Counted from the stretch's first letter, positions 33,975 through 48,228 are shown. The stretch is DNA of 64,000 nucleotides from the human T2T-CHM13v2.0 reference genome, Homo sapiens (GCF_009914755.1 NC_060927.1); one strand, 5' to 3'. Numbers and translations are program-made. Notes: generated from the sequence alone by a model not told the origin.

Positions 33975-34250
33975 CATCGCTATTTATTACATACCTGCTA
34001 TGAGTCGAGTACTTTTAGTGAAGCTGGGGATACAAAAGTGACTAAGAAAATGTCCTGCTATTATAAAGTTGCATTCTGGTGAAAGAGAAATAAAGTCAAT
34101 TAGGAAACATAAATAATATAATTTAAGTTGGTGGTTAAATTCTATGGGAAAGTATTATAAATTAATGGAGTAGGTGGCCAGGGAGAGCTATTTAGCTGGA
34201 GTGGTCAGGAATTTCCTTTCTTGGTGAGTGGCATTTAAATGGAGACCCTT
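33975..34250 (-). mobile_element. L2 3' fragment
   Basis: tatttattacatacctgctatg...gctggggatacaaaagtga is the reverse L2 3' end. Confidence 0.7.
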
Positions 34251-37200
34251 TTGGCCTCTCTTAGAGGCTGTTCTATAAAGTCCTGAGTAGAGAAACTAGT
34301 GGAAGAAAACAGAACCAGTGGAAAGAGTGAGAGACAAGAATGGTGAATCTGATAAAAATGGATTCTTTGATTTGTAGGAGAATGGTTTGAGGACATGGGA
34401 AATGAAAAGGTGGAGACCATGAGTTAACTGTTTCTAAAAGCAGGCTCTGATATGCTTGAGATATGCGATATTAAAAATGCGGATATTGTGACACATTTGT
34501 ATGCTACATGGAATTACCCAGGATTGAGGGAGGCATTACCTGTGCAGAAAGGGATGGTAATTGTTGGAGTGAACTCCAGCAATGTTGGTGCTCTTGGTAT
34601 TTTGTTGGTTGTTTTTGTCAATAATGTGATGGTGATGGTCTAACTTGTACTTTGGTAAGTTATATGTATGTCTATGTCTTTCAGTAGATTAAAATTAAAA
34701 TATTTCTTACTCTTCTTTGTCCTGCCCATGATTGCCTTTTCTAACATCTAGTGCAGTGCTCAAAAGTGTCTGTAGATTTTGGTTGCCTCATCATTTTCAA
34801 AATGTTTCTGGGTTTAAGCCTAAAATTATATATGATTTCATTTAATGTGAACAATGGCCTTCAAATTACCAATACCAGTTGCATCTGAGGCATATTGAAG
34901 AGCTTTAAATCCAAGTTATTGTGTATGAAACTAGTGCTTACAATATAAGCAGGTGGAATACATTTAGTCTACTTATATGGAAAAGCTAAAGGGGAAAAAA
35001 GTCCACAACCGAGTCATATAATAGTTTTTAACCTAACTTCCTGGTCAGTTTTCAGCTCTGCATAGCTACTCTGATTGATTGTTGCCCCATCAACTAATAT
35101 GTTTGAAAATTCAAAGTGAATAATACCATGAACAATTCAGTAATATCAATAAGGTGAAGCCTGATTGTATTATTTTTGGAATATGATTAAAATAATGCAA
35201 AAGAAATAATCCTTGCCCCCCCCTCCACTTTTTTTATTTTTGTCTTCAGCAGTTCTGTGGTTTACAGGTAGCACATCTGAAGCTGTTATGCACTGGTAAA
35301 ACCAATGTGGATTACAAGAATACACTATTAGGCCCTGGTGACAGGAGACAAAAGCAACATCTGCTTCCTAGGCTTTCTGTGTTACAGAAGAGAAGGCCTG
35401 CCCATCACTATATGTAAAATCACTGTATTATCCAGTGCCTGGAATACTCATATTAGGATCTAGAAGCTAGTTGGGATTTAATTGTATTTCAAATTTTAGT
35501 ATAATACTAGTATAATACTTTTATATCAGTATCCCATGTTAACTGTATATGCACTTTATTATTTTAATATTTAATAATTGAAATCAAGTCTTATGTATTT
35601 ATGTAAATTTTTATATGTTACATTCATATACTGATGTTTATATCAATTTAGAAAAGAAAATGTGAGCAATTAATTCTTATTAATTACCTTATATCTGGTT
35701 TTCGCTCAAGAAAATAATACTTAAATGAAATGAAATTTATTTGCTTCTAATGTCTACATAAAAGACAAAATATCCACTAGTGAATCCACACAGCATACAA
35801 ATATATATGTTAAAATTTGCACAACTTAAAAATATGCATACTGTATTTGTGTTTCTGTTTTCTAAAATAAAAACCTTGGGATTTATAAATATTCCTGAAG
35901 AAATTCCTTGTATTTCCTAGCTGAATTAGTTCTGAGTTTGGCATTTGCTCTTTACAGCCTAACCAGGGAGTGGACCATTAGTTTTCCTGGAGCTTTGGGA
36001 CTTTGGGTTTTTGCCTTTGGAAATTAAATATGTAATATTGCTTTGTCTGGGCTGGCTTAGGACAGGATCCTCCCTTCATTCCAGGGCAACGTCAAAATTC
36101 ACAGAAGAGCAACAGTTCATATTGTCTATTGAAATCAAATCTGATTCTTCCCCCTCCCATCTCCCACGCCTGCCCTTGGGATTGTGACATCATTACCATC
36201 TCAAGAACCCCTAGGGTTGTTTTCCCTGTTAAAATGAAGTGAGATTAGGGTTCTAGGAGAGAGCAGTCAAATATTTGAGCACTAATCATGCCTGGATGTC
36301 TTTTACTAATTTTCAGGCAGTGGAATTCTTTTGGTTTCAAGATTACACCACAGTCGTTTAATGTAAATGTGGACAGAAAAGAATACAATTAGGTGAATCG
36401 CACAGACAATCTGCTTTTTTTTCAGCAATCCTTGAAATGAAAGATGCATATATTAGAAGGTTATCTGGCATATGAAAGGGACATTTATCCCCCAAGGAGA
36501 GAAGGAAACTACTTAAAAGAAATAAGGTTTTATTAATATTTTTCAATTAAATGTTGCACTTTCTTTATCCTTTTGTAATTTTCATGTTGACCTATGTAAG
36601 TGCTTTGTTCATGTAGCATTCACTCTTTCTTGGCAAGTCATCAGATGGAGCAAGTTTATTGAAAAAGAAACAGAATTAAAAATTCAATGACAAAAATTCA
36701 AATAGTGTCTGTTTAGAGCTTATCTTCTTAATGTTAGGGCTTTTATGGTTATTGGTTGGGGACTTTTGGGAGTGTTTCTTAATGCTCAGGTGGGTGATGC
36801 CAGTATCAAGGGAAGCAATGGCGTTACTTTAATTCCAAGGGTTTTGATGATTGCATTATGTTTAAGCATTGTGAAGATATATATATAATTTTAGCGTACA
36901 AAAGTGAAGCAGTTTTGTGATTGAATTATTTAAATTAGAAAAGACAGAATAGCACAATCATACAAAATGAAAGGTGCTTTCTTTATATCTTCTCCCAAAA
37001 TATGGTTAATGGAAAAACAATTACTTTTTATTATATTTTGGTCAATTTTGTAATCTATGGTGATAAACAATATTCGATAACCTTTATTAAAATACATATT
37101 TGGGAGAATATCATACATAGAATTATGACTAATCATGAAAGGCTGAACAGCATTCAATGCTATTGTTTTTAAATCTATAAAATGAAGAATTGCTGCCTGA

Positions 37201-37263
37201 CCTGCAAGATTTCATCCAGCTCTAAAATCTTATGCATTCTATAATATGAGAGGAGAATATTTT

Positions 37264-37361
37264 TTTTTTTTTTTGAGACGGAGTTTCGCTCTGTCGCCCA
37301 GGCTGGAGTGCAGTGGCGCGATCTCGACTCACTGCAAGCTCTGCCTCCCGGGTTCACGCCA
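37264..37361 (-). mobile_element. 5'-truncated AluY
   Basis: Y diagnostics (gcaagct, gggttcacgcca). Perfect 16-bp TSD gagaggagaatatttt at 37248-37263 and 37362-37377. Confidence 0.95.
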
Positions 37362-37865
37362 GAGAGGAGAATATTTTAATGATGTCAACAGAATTTACCT
37401 AAACATAAAATATGAATGTGAACCTATTATACCTTTATACATTCCTTTTTAATGAATTACTCAAAATTGTGATATCATATATCAGCAAAATAATAAATTC
37501 AACTATATATTAAAGAGAAAGTCTCAGATATTTCAGAATACTTATTTAAAAATATTTCTACCATGCTTTCTGCCAAAAATGAAATGTAATTCAAAAGCAT
37601 CCATTGGAAAAATTAAACCTCTTTCTGCCAGAATAATCTAGTGTTAGCATTTCATGCCTTCTTAAAAACAGATTTTATTTTTCAAATCAGTTTGAAGTTT
37701 ACAGTGAAATTGAGAAGGTATAGAGATTTCCCATATCCTCTTCCCCCTAGACATACATAGGCCCCCTCACTATCAACATCCCACACTGACGTGGTACATT
37801 TGTTACAACTGATGGACTTACATTGACAAATCATTTTCACCCAAAGTCCACAGCTGATGTTAGGG

Positions 37866-38474
37866 TGTTGACCAAAAGAGTCAAACTCTGTAAAATATTT
37901 GAAGAGATTTATTCTGAGCCAAATATGAGTGACCAATGACCTGTGACACAGCCCTCAGGAGACCCTGAGAACATGTGTCCAAGGTGGTCAGGGCACTGTC
38001 TAGTTTTATACATTTTAGAAAAACATGAGACATTAATCAAATACCTGTAAGACGTACATTGGCAGTTCTGTCTGGAAAGTAGGGGCAACTTAAACGTTTT
38101 CTAATTGGCAACTGGCTGAAAGAGCTAAGCTATTATCTAGAGACCTGGAATCAGTTGAAAGAAATGCCTGGGTTACCATGATAAGATAAGAGTTGTAGAG
38201 ACCAAAGTTTTATCAGGCAGATAAACCCTCTAGGTTGCAGGCTTCACAGAGAACAGACGGTAAATGTTCATCGGACTTAAGGTCTGTGCCAGTGCTAATG
38301 CTGGTCAGCTTTTCCTGAAATCTGAAAGAGAGGAGGGAATGATGACGCATGTCCAACTCTCGCTTCCCATCATGGCCTGAGCCAGTTTTTCAGGGTAACG
38401 TTGGAATGCCCTGGCCAAGAGAAGGGGTCCAACCAGATGGTTGGGGGTCCTTAAAATTTTATTTTTGGTTTACA
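37866..38474 (-). mobile_element. ERV1 solo LTR, MER4-like
   Basis: Minus strand starts TGTAAACCAAAAATAAAATTTTAAGGACCCCCAACC and ends GGTCAACA. Degenerate 4-bp TSD aggg/tggg. Confidence 0.8.
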
Positions 38475-38783
38475 TGGGTACACTATTGGTTGGTAGGCAT
38501 TCTATGGACTTGGATAAATGCATAATGATATTTATTTACTCTTCTGGTATCATACAGAATAATTCCACTGTCCTAAAAATTCTGTTCTCCATCTATTATC
38601 CATCCTTTCCACTAACCCTTGCCCCCTGAAAACCACTGATCTTTTTTAACTGTCTCCATAGTTTTATCTTTTCCACAATGTCAGACAGTATGGAATCATA
38701 TAGGGTAGCCTTTTCAGATTGACTTCTTCAGTAATATACATTTAAGTTTATTCCATATTTCATTGTGGCTTGATAACCATTCC

Positions 38784-39075
38784 TTTGAGACAAGGTATTG
38801 CTTTGTTGCCTAGATTGCCTAGGCTGGAGTGCAGTGGTGCAGTCACAGCTCACAGCAGCCTCAACCTCCTGGGCTCAAGCAATCCCCCAACTCCAGACAC
38901 TGGAGTAGCTAGGACTACAGGCACATGCCACCATGCCCAGTGCTTTTTAAATTTTGTATAGAGTCACTGTCTCATCACTTTGGCCAGGCTCTTCTCCAAT
39001 TCCTGACCTCAAGCAATTCTCCTGCCTTAGACTCCCAAAGTGCTGGGCTTATAGGAGTGACCATCATGCCTGGCC
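38784..39075 (-). mobile_element. AluJ (diverged)
   Basis: Reverse Alu dimer with J features. Confidence 0.88.
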
Positions 39076-39083
39076 ACTTGACC

Positions 39084-39466
<383 letters not shown>

Positions 39467-40984
39467 TGATAGCTCCTTTTTAAGTGCTGAATAATATTAC
39501 ATTGGATGTAACACAAGTCCATATAGTGTATCTATCTATTCACCTATTGACATGTCAGTTACTTCGTAGTTTTGGCAACATTATGAATAAAGCTGCTATA
39601 AACATCTGTGTGCAGTTTTGTTGTTGTTGTTGCTTTTCAGCTCCTTTAGGTAAATGCCAAACAGTGGAATTTCTACATTGCATCATAAAAGTATGTTTAG
39701 TTTTGAAAGGAACTGCCAGACTGCCTTTCCAAGTGGCTGTACCATTTTATCTTCTCCCCAACAGTGAATGACAGTTCCTGTTGATCCACATCCTTGTCAG
39801 CATTTGGTGGTGGTGTTGTTCTGTATTTTGCCCAGTCTAATAGATGTGCAACGGTATCTCATTGTTTTGATTTGCATTTACCTGACGACATATGATATGG
39901 AGCATCTTTTCATATGCTTATTTGCCATGTACACATCTTCTTTGATAAGATGTTTGTGAAAGTCTCTGACACAATTTCTAATCAGATTTTTTTTTGCTGT
40001 TGAGATTTTAGGGTTCTTTATATACTTGCATAACAGTCCTTTATCTAGTAGATCTTTTACAAATATTTTCTCTCAGCCCGTGTTTGTCTATTCATTCGCT
40101 AGACATCTATCATGTAGCATATAGTTTTTATTTTAACAAAGTCCATTTTATCAATTTTTTATTTCCTAGATCTTGCCTTTGATGCCATATCTAAAAAGTC
40201 ATTGACAAATCCAAATTCATCTAGATTTTCTCTTGTGCCGTTTTCTGGAAGTTTTATATTTTTATGTTTTACATTTAGGTCTGTAATTAATTTTGAGGTA
40301 ACTTTTCTGAAGGAAATCTGGTGTTAGCATTCCATGCCTTTTTGATACCATTTATCCCTGAAAATAAAGTCTACATCATTATTATTTTCCATTTTGCCAA
40401 TTTGATTGGGAATTCTTATGATTTAAAATTTTCTTAATAGCTTTCTATTAAAATAGATTTGAATGAAAAAATATTTCTATGAGGAACATTTACATTTCTA
40501 AATATTTGTTTTAATATAACTCCAAGTATATTTTAAATCTAATTTTCTTTTTTAGAAACAGAGTTCATTTAGTAGGCTAAAGCTACTTTCCTAATACTAT
40601 GGTAATATTTAATTTTTTTATAAATATAATTTGTATGAGTTTGGGCCTTTTTAGGCAAACAGACCACCTTGGTCCTCTACATATACTTTCTCCCAGTGTA
40701 TATTCAGTATCCGCTATGTACATGGCATCATAGTGACGTAGATGTTTACACTGGAGCAATTCTGTTTTCTCCTCTACTTGCAGATAGAGGAGGTGGCAGA
40801 TATCTTGAGCAATTATCATTCATTTCCTTGTGTCTCTAAGGATGCACAATCATCCCTCGGTTCCAGGACCGCCCACCTCCCCAAGAATACCAAAATCTGC
40901 AGATGCTCAAGTCCTGCAGTCAGCCCTGTGGAATCCACAGACACAAAAAGTCAGTCCCCCATGTCCTTGGGATCCTCATCCCTC

Positions 40985-42543
40985 TGTGTCTGGAATTGGT
41001 GGGTTCTTGGTCTCGCTGACTTCAAGAATGAAGCCACGGACCCTCACGGTGAGTGTTACAGTTCTTAAAGGTGGTGTGTCCGCAGTTTGTTCCTTCTGAT
41101 GGTAGGACGTGTTCGGAGTTTCTTCCTTCTGTTGGGTTCGTGGTCTCGCTGACTTCAGGAGTGAAGCTGCAGACCTTTGCCGTGAGTGTTGCAGCTCTTA
41201 AGGCAGCGCGTCTAGAGTTGTTCGTTCCTCCCGTCCAGAGTTGTTCATTCCTCCCGGTGGGCTTGTGGTCTCCCTGGCCTCAGGAGTGAAGCTGCAGACC
41301 TTTGCAGTGAGTGTTACAACTCATAAAGGCAGTGCGGACCCAAAGGGTGAGCAGCAGCAAGATTTATTGCAAAGGGTGAAAGAACAAAGCTTCCACACTG
41401 TGGAAAGGGACCCCAGCGCCTTCCCACTGCTGGCTCAGGCAGCCTACTTTTATTCCCTTATCTGACCCCACCCACATCTTGCTGACTGGCCCATTTTACA
41501 GAGAGCTGATTGGTCCATTTTGACAGGGTGCCGATTGGTGCGTTTACAATCCCTGAGCTAGACACAGAGTGCTGATTGGAGTATTTACAATCCTCTAGCT
41601 AGATGTAAAAGTTCTCCAAGTCCCCACTAGATTACCTAGACGCAGAGCACTGATTGGTGCGTTTACAAACCTTGAGCTAGACACAGGGTGCTGACTGGTG
41701 TGTTTACAAACCTTGAGCTAAACACAGAGTGCTGATTGGTGCATTTACAATCCTTTAGCTAGATGTAAAAGTTCTCCAAGTCCTCACCAGATTAGCTAGA
41801 TACGGAGGGCTGATTGGTGCATCCAGGAATCCCAAGCTAGACACAGAGTGCTGATTGGTGCATATACAATCCTCTAGCTAGACATAAAAGTTCTCCAAGT
41901 CCCCACCTGACTCAGGAGCCCAGTTGGCTTTGCCTAGTGGATCCCATGCCAGGGCCATAGGCGGAGCTGCCAGCCAGTCCCGTGCTGCGCGCCTGCACTC
42001 CTCAGCCCTTGGGAGGTCGATGGGACTGGGGGCCATGGAGCATGGGGCGGCGCCCGTCGGGGAGGCTCGGGCCACGCAGGAGCCCACCACAGTGGCACTC
42101 GGGCATGGCAGGCTGCAGGTCCTGAGCCCTGCCCCGCGGGGAGGCAGCTGAGACCCGGCAAGAATTCGAGTGTGGCGCGGGTGGGCTGGCAGTGCTGGGG
42201 GACCCGGCGCTCCCTCTGCAGCTGCTGGCCCAGGTGCTAAGCCCCTCACTGCCCGGAGCCGTCAGTGCCAGTCGCCCGCTCCGAGTGGGCCCGCCGAGCC
42301 CACGCCCACCCGGAACTCACGCTGGCCTGCGATTGCCGCACACAGCCCGGGTTCCTGCCCGCGCCTCTCCCTCCACACCTCCCTGCAAGCAGAGGGAGCC
42401 GGCTCCAGCCTCGGCCAGCCCAGAGAGGGGCTCCCACACTGCAGCAGCGGGCTGAAGGGCTCCTCAAGCGTGGCCAGAGCGGACACCGTGGCCGAGGAGG
42501 CACTGAGAGTGAGCAAGGGCCACCAGCACGTTGTCACCTCTCA
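40985..42543 (-). mobile_element. LTR12 (ERV9) solo LTR, LTR12D-like
   Basis: Minus strand TGAGAGGTGACAACGTGCTGG...CCAATTCCAGACACA. 4-bp TSD cctc at 40981-40984 and 42544-42547. GC/CpG-rich U3 with a tandem CCAAT array. Confidence 0.95.
41445..41900 (-). promoter_or_regulatory. LTR12 NF-Y (CCAAT) repeat array and AATAAA-type TATA box
   Basis: About 7 intact gattgg (CCAATC on minus) in ~40-bp-scale repeats. cttttattccc at ~41447-41457. Confidence 0.8.
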
Positions 42544-43519
42544 CCTCGAATACTGTATTTTTGACCCACTGTTAGCTGAATCCAGTGATGTGGAACCCAT
42601 GGATATGGAGAGCCAACTGTATAGTTATTTGATTAAATTTATACTTCTTTACTGCCTTTCAGAAAAGTTGACATTTCTGCTGAAAAGAAGCTGCTAATCT
42701 TTACCCAGATAGAACAGAGAAAATCAGAGTTGAAGGGACATGTTTAGGGAAACTTGTACAATCTAACTTTATAAAGCAGCCCAAGTGTCACATGAAAGTG
42801 AAAACACACAATGAAAATGAGCATCAGCCTCCAGTAATTCTAAATTTTATCTACAAGTGTATTCACAACTTACTTTTTGTTATTTTTTCTGATGATTAGC
42901 CAAAGGTCAGGGATGATTGGCAGGTACAACAGTTCAAATAGAAGTAGTTCACAAACTGCCTGTAAGCCTTTCTTGATAAACAGTTTTGATGAATTAGTAA
43001 ATAAAGTGTTTTATTTTATACAGAAATCTCTGTACTTTTTCATATTTGATCATTTGTGCGTCCAGTGACATATTGTAGACATATACATTCACTGAACTTA
43101 TTACTGGTTGCCAAGATAGTAATAGCAAAATCTCAAAAGCTGCATGACAGGAATTATTCAAATAGTTCTATATACTGATAAATCAAGGTTTAACTATACA
43201 ACACCCTCTAGTCCAATGAAAGTAGAAATTACCTGTGAAAATTACAATTTATTTTGAATGTTCACAAATAATCTTATCTTTTTATTTGTAAGTTTGACTC
43301 AAACTATAAACTACACAAATAAAAAAGTAAAATAATTATAGTAAGTAGCCAAATTTTATTCTAGTTTTCTTGTTTCATTCAAATTCAGTTTGTGCTCCTT
43401 AATGATAACACTATTGTCAATAAAACTTTACACTTTAAGTGACTTTCCACAGTTTTCCCATCTGATAAGAATGGTACTGATAAATAAAAAACAACATGCA
43501 CTATCCATCTTACTTTCAT

Positions 43520-43690
43520 AGACTAGAGATAAATCATTATGAACCCCAATTGGCAGAGGAGAAAATTCGGGTGCAGACAAGTTAAGTCAGGTGGCAGATT
43601 CACACAGGAAATAAATAGTGGCTATGCTCGTATAAAAACATCAATCTTCTGACCTCTAATTCAGGGCTTTTCCAGCACTGCAGTATGATT
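43520..43690 (-). mobile_element. MIR fragment
   Basis: gcagaggagaaaatt...gttaagt...tcacacagg...tcttctgac...gctttt. Confidence 0.5.
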
Positions 43691-44434
43691 AATCAATACC
43701 AGGAAGCAAACTAAGTATCAAGAAAAGATCATCCATTTGTATCAGTCTTTCCTTTATGTGGTTGGAATCTAAAACACCAAGTGCATAAAGGAATCAAAAG
43801 TCAGAAGCTTTGACCATTTGTGAACAATCTTTTCTGTATTATTAACAGGTCTGATGATAAACACAGACATTTACTAGGCCCAAATTGTGAAAAACTTTGT
43901 AGACATTTTGCTAATATGCGGGAAATAAGCTCTTTCTTTTAGCAACTTACTTTGATTTTCTTTTATTTTTATGCTGCTAAGAAAGCACTCAGATGCATGC
44001 TGAAATATGTATTACCTTATGGATTGCAGCTGGCAGGGACTATTAGTGTTAAAGATTCACACATTTGAAGTAAGATTGGATACATTTATATTTGTGTCAG
44101 GAAAAAAATAATAATAGAATTTAAGAATTTAAAATGTAACCAAAAGGCAGAATCATGGCTTTTGGCTGAAGAGATTAGCAGCATTCTTCTCTGTTCCCTT
44201 TTTTTCTGAAGCTTAGTTTTCTAGCTAAGTTTTGGCAAACAAAATTCTTTTCTGTGGTATGTATTCTATTTTAACATCTTCCACTGAAAAGAAAAGATAA
44301 TGATATAAATAAAGCAATTTAAATCAAGTCTAAGGTATAGGAAGGTATTTAAGAAAGAAGCAAACATTCTCTAGATGTTGTTATCCAAAATATATTCTCT
44401 TTTGCAGTTTACTGAAATAATTTCTTCAGTGTGT

Positions 44435-44520
44435 GGGAATTTCCTTTGCATCCAGCTTTACTATAGAGATGACATCACACCAACAGTGACACGACTTGTT
44501 TACAAGAGGGTGGTATAAAC
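44435..44520 (+). promoter_or_regulatory. Putative NF-kB / CRE / FOX / TATA module
   Basis: GGGAATTTCC 44435-44444, TGACATCA 44470-44477, TTGTTTAC 44496-44503, TATAAA 44514-44519. Confidence 0.4.
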
Positions 44521-44839
44521 AGCAAATGTTCTTCCTTAAAACAGATTTCTTGTTGAACTTCAACAGAAAAAGAAGCGTAAATGTAGAAGGAAGAACAGGA
44601 GATAGTCTTTAACATGTAGGGTAAAATCTAAGGTAGAGGAGAGAGCAGCTGATAATGTTTTTATGTGTTTGCTACTTTATTAGGAAGTCTACTTCCTTCT
44701 TTTCCATATCTAGTAGAGTCTTCAAGTTGTACATTGTCTTTATATTAATATATAATGGCCTATTGTACTATGTCTTAATAGTTTCATATCTTCCCTGGTT
44801 TACATGAATTAAATGAGAGCGGTAACATCAGAAAAGGAA

Positions 44840-44925
44840 AGAGAGAGAGAGTGAATATGTGTGTGTGTGCATGTGTGCGTGCGTGTTTGTGTATGTGTTT
44901 CTGTGTCTGTGAGAGAGAGAGAGAA
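44840..44925. repeat. Compound (GA)n/(GT)n microsatellite
   Basis: Imperfect dinucleotide runs. Confidence 0.85.
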
Positions 44926-45559
44926 AAGACAGACAATGAAAATGAAAATAAATATCTTCTCCAACCTATCTTAGCCAACTTTCTGATCTAGGATGTTAGG
45001 ACAGTCACTCACTGAAGGAATTTTAGTTATAGCAAAGCGTCATCCATCTTTTTCAACTGTGTTAACTTTAATTTCCCATAAATAATAATAGTTTGCAGAA
45101 TACATCTCAGATTGTACCTGACCATATTGCAAAATAATAATTTGCTTCTTGTGTAAGAATCATTATTTAAGACTAAATAAAACTAGGTATAAGTAAAATA
45201 AATTAAATTCAGCCCTTTGAATAATCATTTAGATCATGACTGCTAACTGTAGTCTAGTACTAATTAAAGACCTACATGGTTATTTTTCTTAGAACGTGAG
45301 AAGTCTTAGGAGCAACTGTTTGAACACCCTGATCTGGAGGGAGGAGTCCTTACCAGGAGATTTCTGGAGCTGGGTGTGGAGGGTAGTTCAGTTTCCACAC
45401 ATTAGCCCATAAGAGAAAATCATCTGGGTAAAATAGGGTGACTATTCTGGACACGGTCATGGCTTTGCTACTATAGTCCCCTCCATTTTTCTTGGGAGAT
45501 GCATTGGTGCTTCGCAAAGCTGTGCAGTCATTGAAGGTGCTCAGCACTGGTTTTTGTCA

Positions 45560-45730
45560 TTAAAATACTTGAGCTTGAAACCCAGCACTGTCAATTTAGT
45601 GAGCGCGGCCTTACACAAAGTTATCTAATTTCTCTAAGTTTCAGTGTTATGATCTATGACACAGGTTAGTAATCCCTCCTTTATAGGAATGTTTAACATT
45701 AAATAATGCATTAAAAGCACTTTAGATACT
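45560..45730 (+). mobile_element. MIR
   Basis: cttgaaacccagcactg...aagttatctaatttctctaagtttcagt...aaagcacttt. Confidence 0.65.
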
Positions 45731-46501
45731 ATTAATCTCAAGGCAAATGTCATGTTATGTGGTATGGGGCATATAAGTTTCCCTGGCATTCTCAAAACCT
45801 GAACCCTACACTCCAGCTCAAAGCTCCTTATAGACAAGGACCATATTATGAAATTCTGTTGTGTTTTTCATAGTATAGGATGTACACATTGTGGGATTTC
45901 AAAATTGGATTGCTTCTTGGTATCAAGTATCCAAATTGCTCAGAGCCATAGTAGTAAAACAATGGAGAAACAGTAGTGACTGTATCATTATAATATACGT
46001 AAGTGTTCATGTTAGTTTGCTTAACATTTATTGAATTCCTGATACATAAAAGGCCTCAGGCTAAATTTTGTCAATTATATAAAAGTACCTTTTCCTCAAT
46101 AAAGGCAACTTACTGGAAGAATCATGTTTTAGTGGGGGAAATTAACATATAGGCTTTATAAACAAATGAATTAAGTGCTAAAGAGATGAACAAGACACAT
46201 ATTGTAAGATATCAGAAGGAGAAATGATAGGGGAAGACAGTAGTTGTCAGGAAAACATGGTAAAAATACAACTGTTGGACTTAGGAAGGATTTCAGTAGT
46301 TTAAGAGACAAAAAGATAGGAAAACGTTTAGCATGCGCAAAGTCAAAGTCAGGGATCCATAAATATCATTGGGTGTGTAATGAATTGTTAGTAGTTGGAT
46401 GGGGGATGCTAAAATATAAAGTGAGAGATCCTTCATATATTTTCGTTTCCTACCCTTAGTTCCAGATATTGATAGAGATATTTTAGAAAATCCCAACTTA
46501 A

Positions 46502-46937
<436 letters not shown>

Positions 46938-48221
46938 TTATTTAAAATTATGAGGATGATGGCTAAAAGTAAAATGAACCAAGTTTTGTGCATGCTGCAT
47001 TTTAACAAGTTGGGTGTCTCATTGGAATGCACTGCCTTCTTGTTCCACATTTATTTTTGGAATTTAATAAGGCGCCTGTCATATCTGCCTCAAGGCTAAA
47101 AAACATCATGGGGGAGAAATCCAAAGTACTGTCATGTTTGAGTGACATGGAGCCAATTTTATTTTATTTCCTTTTCATGGGGGGTGGCTCAAATTAGCCA
47201 GGCTCACTTCTGAAAACGCATTGCTACATCATCTGTTCTAAAGGCCTTGTGCTGGTTAACGGGTAATGACATTGCCCAGTGACATTTGTTAGGTAGATTT
47301 GACTCAGAAAACCAGGGGAGGATTTTCATTAAAAAATTAATTCTGTGCATTTTACTGCAAAGCTCATTCTCATGATAGATTCTGGTACAGTGCCACATAT
47401 CTCCAGAAGTGGGTCTGGTTACGTGAGAAACTTTGGAAGGTAATAACTTCTTTATTTCTTCTTTGTGCTCCCAGAGCACATAATTAACGTACTGACTCAT
47501 TTAGCTCAACTCTCCAAAGGATGAAGCTGTGTGGATACAAGGGAGATTCAGAGAAACTGGCAAACAAGTATGGTTTCTGATTCTCATTCGAGTGAGGGAA
47601 AAACTCTGCCATTTTCTTCTTCTTTCTTTTAAGTTGATGTTTAGTACAATGTGACTGTGTTTAGCAGAACATAATATGTTAGGATTACAATGGAACCATC
47701 ATATTTTTAGGAAGTTTAAGTGAGACTTGGGATAGATGTCACAGAATGATGTTGCCATGGCTGAGTTAGTCATAAAATTAGAAATCACAGTAAGCTGAAG
47801 GATGTCTGAGGCATAAAAATAAACCATGTACCATGTAATGGGTGTGTTATTGTAATAACTAAGATAAGCATTTCAAATGTTTTACTGATTAAATCAGAAT
47901 TAAGTCCTGTGTTTTTTAGTAGTGACTATCAGGAAGTAGATTGTTTAAATAACATGAACTTAAAACATGTAAACATAGTAATTTTTATGTTAAAAATATA
48001 TAGTGTAGACAAAATCAATAATTTGTAGCTAGAAAGCTCTTTCTACCTTCATTTAGGACTTCCTGCCTCATGGGTAAATGGAAAAGGAATAGTAAATCTA
48101 AGCAACTTTTTCATGAGTTTATACCTTCTTAGGCACAAAGAGAAATCTGTGATCTCTTCCCTGTATCCTAGAAGACCTCTGCGACAGGAGTGAGAATTGA
48201 ATTTGGTTACAAACTACTGAG

Positions 48222-48228
48222 AGTGTAT

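Larger units (their letters stand above)
40847..42619 (+). mobile_element. MER8/MER2-like Tigger MITE split by LTR12 (parts 40847-40984 and 42548-42619)
   Basis: catccctcggttccaggac...taccaaaatctgcagatgctcaagtcc continues after the LTR as gaatactgtattttt...ggaacccatggatatggagagccaactg, then TA. Confidence 0.7.

Noticed and set aside
41500-41900. CRISPR-like periodic repeats
   Set aside because: These are the standard LTR12 U3 tandem repeats, with no unique spacers and no cas genes, in primate DNA.
41878-42697. Overlapping ORFs up to 175 aa on both strands
   Set aside because: They lie in the GC-rich LTR12 U3, where stop codons are rare, and have no recognisable domain.
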